DNA from: Flavobacterium sp.
GTDB taxonomy: Bacteria; Bacteroidota; Bacteroidia; Flavobacteriales; Flavobacteriaceae
DNA: 46,392 nucleotides
Reading direction: 5' to 3'
NCBI GenBank assembly: GCA_044237565.1
Contig: JBIIFA010000001.1
Coordinates: 1-46,392 of the forward strand
Numbering within the stretch: the first letter of the stretch is position 1; each line of letters begins with the position of its first letter. A program made the position numbers and the translations under genes. Positions 39,308-46,392 of this stretch are shown piece after piece. The notes under the pieces were generated by a model. The model saw only the letters and a list, made by a program, of their open reading frames with translations. It searched no databases and was not told the DNA's origin.

Positions 39308-40389
39308 AAACAGTAAATTTTTTTGTTGATTGTCATGTGTTTGATGGAAACCTTCAAGGCACTACGACCTATTTGAAAGGATTATATCAAGAGTTGATTA
39401 ATGATAAAACTAAAAATTTTTTCTTAGCAGCTCACAATATTGAAAAGCTACAATCTGTTTTTGGAATCCATGAGAATGTTATTTATTTACAATATGCTTC
39501 CAAAAATAAGTTCGTCAGATTATTGTTTGATATTCCCAAGCTAATCACTCAAAATAAAATTGACTACGCCCATTTTCAGTATGTAATTCCGCCCGTAAAA
39601 AGATGCAAATACATTATTACTATTCACGACGTACTATTTTTAGATTTCCCACAATATTTCCCACTTTTTTATCGAATAAAAAACCACTTTTTATTTAAAT
39701 ATAGCGCTAAAAAATCAGATGTTGTTCTCACAGTTTCCCAATATTCTAAAGAAAAAATCGAAAAACATTTTCATCTTTCCGATGTAAAAATAACTCCCAA
39801 CGCTATTGATTTGGCGTATTTTGAAAAATACAATAAAGAAAATGAAGTTCAAATTGTAAAAGATAAATTCAATTTTGAAAATTATTTTTTATTTGTTAGC
39901 CGATGGGAACCAAGAAAAAATCATCTTACCTTGCTTAAAACATTTGTTGAAAACGGATATTACAATAAATACAAATTAGTTTTTATTGGCGATGATGCAA
40001 TTGAAAATAAAAAGTATAATAACTATTATAATTTACTGGGAAACGAAGTAAAAGAACAAATAGTCAACTTAAAGAAAATAGGATTTCATGATTTAGTGCA
40101 CCTAGTAAGAGCAGCAACATTATCGGTATATCCCTCCTTCGCAGAAGGATTTGGCATTCCTCCATTAGAGTCCATAGCGTCAAGTATTCCAACAGTTTGT
40201 TCTAATACAACCGCAATGTCAGATTTTAAATTTATTGGTAATTGCCTTTTTGATCCATCTAGTTCAGACGATTTGAACTTGAAAATTATGATAGCTTTAC
40301 AAGACAATTTAATTGAAGAAAAACGAAATCAAGTCCATTTGAAATACAAATGGGATTTGTCTGCCCAAATTTTTAAAAAATTGTTTTAA
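39304..40389 (+). CDS. GT4 glycosyltransferase
   Basis: TIHDV, EPRKN and PSFAEGFGIPPLES motifs. Confidence 0.92.
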   Translation: MKTVNFFVDCHVFDGNLQGTTTYLKGLYQELINDKTKNFFLAAHNIEKLQSVFGIHENVIYLQYASKNKFVRLLFDIPKLITQNKIDYAHFQYVIPPVKRCKYIITIHDVLFLDFPQYFPLFYRIKNHFLFKYSAKKSDVVLTVSQYSKEKIEKHFHLSDVKITPNAIDLAYFEKYNKENEVQIVKDKFNFENYFLFVSRWEPRKNHLTLLKTFVENGYYNKYKLVFIGDDAIENKKYNNYYNLLGNEVKEQIVNLKKIGFHDLVHLVRAATLSVYPSFAEGFGIPPLESIASSIPTVCSNTTAMSDFKFIGNCLFDPSSSDDLNLKIMIALQDNLIEEKRNQVHLKYKWDLSAQIFKKLF

Positions 40390-40457
40390 TTTAATATTTC
40401 AAAACATAAAATTTTTCATAAAAAGACTATTTTAGCCATCTGAAAATCAAATATTTC

Positions 40458-41567
40458 ATGAAAATAGCCATTTTAGGAACTCGAGGAGTACCAAACTATT
40501 ACGGAGGTTTTGAACAGTTTGCAGAATTTTTCTCTGTTTACCTTGTCGAAAAAGGGCATGAAGTATTTGTATATAACTCCCACAATCACCCTTTTCAAGA
40601 AAAAACCTTTCACGGGGTTAATATTATTCATCAAAATGACCCCGAACATAAATTAGGCACTTTCGGACAATTCATTTATGATTTTAATTGCATTGTGGAT
40701 TCTCGTAAAAGAGATTTTGATATAATCTTGCAGTTGGGATATACAAGCAATTCAATTTGGTTTTTTCTACTTCCCAAAAAACCAATTATTATAACCAATA
40801 TGGACGGGTTGGAATGGAAACGCACAAAATATTCTAAGCCAGTTCAACAATTTCTAAAATTTGCCGAAAGGCTAGCGGCAGTCAGTAGCGATTATCTTGT
40901 CTCGGATTCTTTAGGGATAAAAACATTTTTAAGAAAGCAATATGATAAAGAATCTACATATATTGCCTATGGTGCGCATCCTTTTACAAATCCTGATGAA
41001 ACAATAATTTCAGATTATAATGTGACCAAAAACAACTATAATATGATTATGGCACGTTTTGAGCCTGAAAATAATCTGGAAATGGTGTTGGACGGAGTTG
41101 CATTAAATATTGATAAAACGCCAATTCTTGTTATAGGAAATCATGAAACAAAATACGGGAATTTTTTAAAAACCAAATATAAAGAAAACGAGAATATTCG
41201 ATTTTTAGGTGGTATCTATAACATAGACCATTTAAACAACTTACGTTATTTCTCGAATATATATTTCCATGGACATTCTGTTGGGGGCACCAATCCTTCA
41301 CTTTTAGAAGCAATGGCTTCGAAAGCATTTGTAATCGCTCATAACAACCATTTTAATAAGGCAATTCTTAAAGAAAACGGCTATTATTTTTCTAATCCAC
41401 AGGAGGTGAAAAATATTTTAGAAACAATCAAAAAAAATGATAACTTGCAATTGGTTCTAAACAACTTTGACGCGATTGAAAATGAATTTAATTGGGATAA
41501 AATAAATGGCGAATATCTTCAACTTTTCGAAGAATGTATATCAAAATCTGAAACAAGAAAACAGTAG
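40458..41567 (+). CDS. GT4 glycosyltransferase with DUF1972 N-terminus
   Basis: GTRGVPNYYGGFE, DGLEWKR and HGHSVGGTNPSLLEAM motifs. Confidence 0.92.
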   Translation: MKIAILGTRGVPNYYGGFEQFAEFFSVYLVEKGHEVFVYNSHNHPFQEKTFHGVNIIHQNDPEHKLGTFGQFIYDFNCIVDSRKRDFDIILQLGYTSNSIWFFLLPKKPIIITNMDGLEWKRTKYSKPVQQFLKFAERLAAVSSDYLVSDSLGIKTFLRKQYDKESTYIAYGAHPFTNPDETIISDYNVTKNNYNMIMARFEPENNLEMVLDGVALNIDKTPILVIGNHETKYGNFLKTKYKENENIRFLGGIYNIDHLNNLRYFSNIYFHGHSVGGTNPSLLEAMASKAFVIAHNNHFNKAILKENGYYFSNPQEVKNILETIKKNDNLQLVLNNFDAIENEFNWDKINGEYLQLFEECISKSETRKQ

Positions 41568-42837
41568 CCATTCTGCTTTACTTTTAGTTTTATTGGCATT
41601 ATTATGCATTCCTTTAAGTTATGCGTTTAATAGTATAGCTCTAGTTTTTCTGTTAATTGTCACTTTATTATCATTCAAAAAACAAAATTTAAAATTGGAT
41701 TTAAGTCTGATTTTGCCAATTGTTTTGTATGTTTTGATGTTGCTTTCCATTACTTGGACAATAGATTTAGAGAGAACTTTAAATGGCTTGTCAAAAGAAT
41801 TGCCGCTGTTATTAATTCCAGTTTATTTTTTGTTATTCCGTTCTTTTTCTGCTTTAGAAAAAGAGAAAATAATCAAGTGGTACAGTTATGGAATTATAGC
41901 GTATAGCTTATTTTACTTAGCAAAAGCGCTTTTGCGCTTTATAATCTCAAAGGACACATCGGTTTTCTTTTATCATGAATTGGTTACAAAAGATGTAAAT
42001 GCAATTCATGTTTCTGTTTATGTTGCCGTTTCCTTCTTTTACTTTCTTGAAAAACAACAGAAAAGGCTATTTGATAAATTAGCATTAGTGCTATTATTCA
42101 CAATGGTTTTTTTATTGTCATCCAAAAATATTATTATCGTTTTTATGGGGCTTTTGGTTTGTTACCAACTTTTTTATTCGAAAACATCAAAAAAATTACG
42201 TCTTAAAAATCTAATTTTATTGATTGTATTGCTTTTATTCCTTCCTTTTGTAGGGAAAATAAAAGAGCGGTTCAAAGAAGAATATGAAACCATAATGACA
42301 GATAGCAGCGTCAATGATGTTATTAGCAAAGGCTCTGAAAAAGTTTATAATGTGAGCATTAAACAAGCCTGGACAAACACCACTTTCAAACCAAACGATT
42401 ATTTTCCTGGCACCGCTTTTAGAGTGTATCAATTTAGAATTTTTATCGAATTTCTTCAGGAAGAATCTATTTTTTGGACTGGATTTGGGCTTGACGCATC
42501 CTATTCTAAAATTGCCGAAAAAGGAATTCATTACAATCTTTTCCTAGGGAATGAAGTCCAGGAAGGCTACCAAACTAAAAATTTTCACAACCAATACGTT
42601 CAAATATTTGCAGAACTTGGAATATTTGGATTGCTATTATTGCTTTCAATGTTATTGCTTTCAATAAGAAATGCAATTAAGTCAAAGAACTTTATTCACA
42701 TTGCCTTTTCGGTCTTAATAATTTCACTTTTTTTTACAGAATCTTTTCTTTGGAGACAAAGGGGGATTACATTTTTTATTCTAATGTACTGTATTTTCAA
42801 CGCCAATTTTCAACCCAAAAAAACAATTTCACTTTAG
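41506..42837 (+). CDS. O-antigen ligase family (Wzy_C) protein
   Basis: Multi-TM; LSSK, R...FWTGFG and NFHNQYVQIFAELGIFG motifs. Overlaps the upstream GT by 62 bp. Confidence 0.85.
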   Translation: MANIFNFSKNVYQNLKQENSSHSALLLVLLALLCIPLSYAFNSIALVFLLIVTLLSFKKQNLKLDLSLILPIVLYVLMLLSITWTIDLERTLNGLSKELPLLLIPVYFLLFRSFSALEKEKIIKWYSYGIIAYSLFYLAKALLRFIISKDTSVFFYHELVTKDVNAIHVSVYVAVSFFYFLEKQQKRLFDKLALVLLFTMVFLLSSKNIIIVFMGLLVCYQLFYSKTSKKLRLKNLILLIVLLLFLPFVGKIKERFKEEYETIMTDSSVNDVISKGSEKVYNVSIKQAWTNTTFKPNDYFPGTAFRVYQFRIFIEFLQEESIFWTGFGLDASYSKIAEKGIHYNLFLGNEVQEGYQTKNFHNQYVQIFAELGIFGLLLLLSMLLLSIRNAIKSKNFIHIAFSVLIISLFFTESFLWRQRGITFFILMYCIFNANFQPKKTISL

Positions 42838-42904
42838 TATAATATTATAATTATTTTAACGTTTATTATACAATAACAGGTCAGAAACGTAACATAAGCA
42901 AAAT

Positions 42905-43888
42905 ATGAAAAGAATTTTAATTACAGGAGCCGCAGGATTTTTAGGCTCCCATTTGTGTGATCGTTTTATAAAAGAAGGATATCAAGTTATTGGCATGGAT
43001 AACCTAATAACAGGAGATTTAAGAAATATTGAGCATTTGTTCAAACTCGAACATTTTGAGTTTTACCACCACGACATTACAAAATTTGTACATATTCCAG
43101 GTAAGCTAGATTATATTTTGCATTTTGCGTCGCCTGCGAGTCCAATAGATTATCTAAAAATCCCTATTCAAACATTAAAAGTAGGTTCTCTTGGAACTCA
43201 TAATCTTTTGGGATTAGCTCGTGTTAAAAACGCGAGAATCCTTATCGCATCTACTTCTGAAGTTTATGGAGATCCATTGGTTCATCCACAAACGGAAGAA
43301 TATTATGGAAACGTAAATACAATAGGACCACGTGGCGTATATGATGAAGCCAAGCGTTTTCAAGAATCCATTACAATGGCATACCACACTTTCCATGGTG
43401 TGGAAACTAGAATTGTTAGAATATTTAATACTTATGGACCAAGAATGCGATTGAACGACGGAAGGGTAATCCCTGCGTTTATCGGACAAGCGCTTCGAGG
43501 AGAAGATTTAACTATTTTTGGCGATGGAATGCAAACGCGATCATTTTGTTATGTTGATGATCAAGTTGAAGGAATTTTCAGATTGCTTCATTCTGACTAT
43601 GTATATCCCGTGAATATTGGAAATCCAGACGAAATCACGATTAAAGATTTTGCAGACGAAATTATAAAATTAACTGGAACCAATCAAAAAGTTGTTTACC
43701 ACCCTTTACCAGTCAACGATCCCCTACAACGCCAACCAGACATAACTAAAGCAAGAACATTACTAGGCTGGGAAGCAAAAATATCTAGAGAAGTTGGCAT
43801 GAAAATAACCTATGATTATTTCAAATCGCTTTCAAAAGAGGAGTTATTAAAAGAAGAGCACAAGGATTTTTCTGGATATATTCGATAA
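42905..43888 (+). CDS. UDP-glucuronate decarboxylase (UDP-xylose synthase)
   Basis: [31 protein letters not shown] and [10 protein letters not shown] motifs. Confidence 0.93.
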   Translation: MKRILITGAAGFLGSHLCDRFIKEGYQVIGMDNLITGDLRNIEHLFKLEHFEFYHHDITKFVHIPGKLDYILHFASPASPIDYLKIPIQTLKVGSLGTHNLLGLARVKNARILIASTSEVYGDPLVHPQTEEYYGNVNTIGPRGVYDEAKRFQESITMAYHTFHGVETRIVRIFNTYGPRMRLNDGRVIPAFIGQALRGEDLTIFGDGMQTRSFCYVDDQVEGIFRLLHSDYVYPVNIGNPDEITIKDFADEIIKLTGTNQKVVYHPLPVNDPLQRQPDITKARTLLGWEAKISREVGMKITYDYFKSLSKEELLKEEHKDFSGYIR

Positions 43889-43889
43889 T

Positions 43890-45257
43890 ATGACTTCAGC
43901 TCAATCAGGAAGATACTCTAAATATATAAGACCAATAAGCATTATCTCTGACTTGTTGGTGATTTCTTTGTTGGCAATATTTCTTTTTAAAGGGCTCAAT
44001 TTAAATTACAGCATCTATATAGGGTATTTATTAATTTCATGGGGAACTATTGCTTTTTTTATAAAGTTTTATGACATTTTTAGATTCACATCTCCTGTTG
44101 AAATACTAACTAAAATTATAAAACAAGGAATCCTGTTTTCTCTTCTAATAATAGCTTTCTTCCCGTTTTCAAAAGAAGTTATTTTTAGCGAAAATGCTTT
44201 ATTACGATATATAATATTTAGTTTTATATTGATAACGATCTCCAAATCCATATTGTTTTATTACTTAAAGAAATACCGAATAATAACAGGGAGTAATTAT
44301 AGAAACATTGTAATTATTGGATTTACTACAGAATCAATTCGCTTGAAAGAACTTTTTGAGGAGAGAAATGATTACGGCTATCGGTTTTTAGGATATTTTT
44401 CAAATAAAAAGAAAAAGGCAGAGATTTTAGGAGATTTAGACTATTTAAAAACGTTTGTAATTGAGAATAGAGTAGATGAAATTTACTGCGCTTTAGACGA
44501 AATGACAAATGAACAATTAGCAGATATTGTTGAATTTTCTGATGCAAATGAAATAGAAATTAAATTCATTCCAGGATTAAAGGAGATTTTTTCCAAAAAG
44601 TTGAAAATTAATTATTACGAAGTGTTCCCTGTCCTTTCTCTGCAAAAAACAGTATTGCACGATCCTGTTATAAAACTAGTTAAAAGAATTTTTGACATTG
44701 TTTTTTCATTAATAATTTTAGTCTTTATACTATCATGGTTTGTTCCTCTATTAACTCTATTGATAAAATTAGAATCTAAAGGACCTGTTTTTTTTAAACA
44801 AGGCAGACCGGGTTTAGATGAAAAAGAATTTTTTTGTTATAAATTTCGTTCAATGAAATTAAATGAAACAACAGAGACAGAAGCTTCTAAAAACGACCCC
44901 AGGGTTACTAAAATTGGCAGAATTATTAGAAAAACTAGTATTGACGAATTACCACAATTTATTAATGTTTTTTTAGGAGACATGTCAGTTGTAGGGCCAA
45001 GACCGCATCTATGGTCTCAAAATAAATCGTATGGCAAAAAAATTAATAAATATATGGTTCGACATTATATAAAACCTGGAATCACTGGATTAGCTCAAGT
45101 AAAAGGATTTAGAGGCGAGATAGAATCCGATGAAGATATGAGATGCAGAATAAAACTCGATGTTTTTTATATTGATAATTGGTCATTAATTTTAGATATT
45201 AAAATTATAGTTCAAACCGTTTTGAATATTTTAAAAGGCGAAAAAAAGGCGTATTAA
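43890..45257 (+). CDS. Undecaprenyl-phosphate glycosylphosphotransferase (WcaJ-like initiating transferase)
   Basis: 4 N-terminal TM segments, CoA-binding-like domain, KRIFD, KFRSM, DELPQF.NV..GDMS.VGPRP and KPGITGLAQ motifs. Confidence 0.93.
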   Translation: MTSAQSGRYSKYIRPISIISDLLVISLLAIFLFKGLNLNYSIYIGYLLISWGTIAFFIKFYDIFRFTSPVEILTKIIKQGILFSLLIIAFFPFSKEVIFSENALLRYIIFSFILITISKSILFYYLKKYRIITGSNYRNIVIIGFTTESIRLKELFEERNDYGYRFLGYFSNKKKKAEILGDLDYLKTFVIENRVDEIYCALDEMTNEQLADIVEFSDANEIEIKFIPGLKEIFSKKLKINYYEVFPVLSLQKTVLHDPVIKLVKRIFDIVFSLIILVFILSWFVPLLTLLIKLESKGPVFFKQGRPGLDEKEFFCYKFRSMKLNETTETEASKNDPRVTKIGRIIRKTSIDELPQFINVFLGDMSVVGPRPHLWSQNKSYGKKINKYMVRHYIKPGITGLAQVKGFRGEIESDEDMRCRIKLDVFYIDNWSLILDIKIIVQTVLNILKGEKKAY

Positions 45258-45353
45258 TTTAGAATGACTTTTTGAAAATATATTTCGCAATCTGTTAATA
45301 TAAATTCATCTAAAATTTTTCTCTTTTATTGACTTTTTAAACGCAAAAGAAAT

Positions 45354-45361
45354 TATTTTTG
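45354..45361 (+). promoter_or_regulatory. -7 promoter element (TATTTTTG) for purD
   Basis: 24 bp upstream of the ATG. Confidence 0.55.
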
Positions 45362-45385
45362 CACTTCACAACAATCAACTAAATC

Positions 45386-46392
45386 ATGACAATTTTACTA
45401 TTAGGTTCAGGGGGAAGAGAGCACGCTTTTGCATGGAAAATGCTTCAAAGCCCAATTTGCACCCAACTTTTTGTTGCCCCAGGAAATGCTGGGACAGAAA
45501 GTATTGCAACAAATGTGAATCTAAAAATCACTGATTTTGAAGCCATAAAAACATTCGCCTTGAGCGAAAAAGTAGAAATGGTAGTTGTGGGTCCAGAAGA
45601 TCCTTTGGTAAAAGGGATTTTTGATTTTTTCCAAAATGATACCGATTTAAAACATATTCCTGTTATTGGCCCTTCAAAAAGAGGTGCGCAATTAGAAGGA
45701 AGTAAAGAATTTGCCAAAGAGTTTTTGGTAAGACATAATATTCCAACGGCTGGGTATGATAGTTTTACAAAAGAAACTGTTGAAGCCGGATGTGCTTTTT
45801 TAGAAACATTGCAACCCCCATATGTGCTTAAGGCTGACGGATTAGCGGCTGGAAAAGGCGTTTTAATCATTCAAGAATTGGCGGAAGCCAAACAAGAATT
45901 AAGAAACATGTTGGTTCATTCAAAATTTGGTGAAGCAAGTTCTAAAGTCGTAATTGAGGAATTTTTAGACGGAATAGAATTAAGTTGTTTCGTTTTAACC
46001 GATGGAAAAAATTATAAGATTTTACCTACAGCCAAAGATTACAAACGAATTGGCGAAGGGGACACAGGATTGAATACAGGCGGAATGGGAGCAGTTTCCC
46101 CAGTTCCTTTCGCAGATGCTATTTTATTAGAAAAAATCGAAAATAGAATCGTTAAACCCACAATTGATGGATTGCAAAAAGACGGAATTCAATACAAAGG
46201 ATTTGTTTTTATTGGCTTAATCAATGTGAAGGGCGAACCAATTGTTATAGAATACAACGTGAGAATGGGTGATCCTGAAACCGAAGTGGTAATTCCAAGA
46301 TTAAAATCGGATTTAGTGGAATTGTTTTTGGCTGTAGCCAATGAAAAACTGGACGAAAAAACGCTTGAAATAGATAGCCAAAGCGCTGCAAC
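45386..46392 (+). CDS. purD: Phosphoribosylamine-glycine ligase (3' end outside window)
   Basis: Manual translation: [65 protein letters not shown]. Confidence 0.97.
   Translation, partial: MTILLLGSGGREHAFAWKMLQSPICTQLFVAPGNAGTESIATNVNLKITDFEAIKTFALSEKVEMVVVGPEDPLVKGIFDFFQNDTDLKHIPVIGPSKRGAQLEGSKEFAKEFLVRHNIPTAGYDSFTKETVEAGCAFLETLQPPYVLKADGLAAGKGVLIIQELAEAKQELRNMLVHSKFGEASSKVVIEEFLDGIELSCFVLTDGKNYKILPTAKDYKRIGEGDTGLNTGGMGAVSPVPFADAILLEKIENRIVKPTIDGLQKDGIQYKGFVFIGLINVKGEPIVIEYNVRMGDPETEVVIPRLKSDLVELFLAVANEKLDEKTLEIDSQSAA

Noticed and set aside
41506-41567. 62-bp overlap of the GT4 and ligase genes as a frameshift or pseudogene
   Set aside because: Both ORFs have complete motif sets and normal lengths.
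10373-44547. Numerous 60-150 aa ORFs nested in or antisense to long genes
   Set aside because: They lie within well-supported CDSs and have no motifs; treated as shadow ORFs.
45445-45870. 141-aa minus-strand ORF
   Set aside because: Antisense shadow of purD.
1-46392. Integrase, transposase, prophage or recognisable defence genes
   Set aside because: No ORF with tyrosine/serine recombinase, DDE, HUH or phage structural motifs was seen.

Overview
AT-rich chromosomal window from a Bacteroidota, most likely a Flavobacterium, judged from TAnnTTTG promoters, T9SS cargo proteins and gene order. Left part (1-17 kb): housekeeping genes glnS, folB, tRNA-Cys, LysE, a GIN-domain protein, rnr, rpiB, tex, tatA, GH3 and a DUF6909-like protein, plus an AT-rich interval rich in DnaA-box-like motifs that may be oriC. 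Right part (17-45 kb): a Wzx/Wzy surface-polysaccharide locus (wzz-like, rmlA/C/D, two polyprenyl-P-sugar GT2 plus GT-C modules, wzx, wzy, two GT4, ligase, uxs, wcaJ) interrupted by two tandem T9SS-secreted CotH kinases. The window ends inside purD. Most striking signals: (1) an integrase-free, integron-like two-cassette array at 2360-4794 with a promoter, an attI-like site and attC-like sites whose arms appear swapped; (2) four ~89-bp tandem units of tRNA T-arm plus terminator next to it; (3) short palindromic or GC-rich segments that look inserted in frame in glnS, tex and rfbD. All calls come from reading the sequence by eye; no searches were run.
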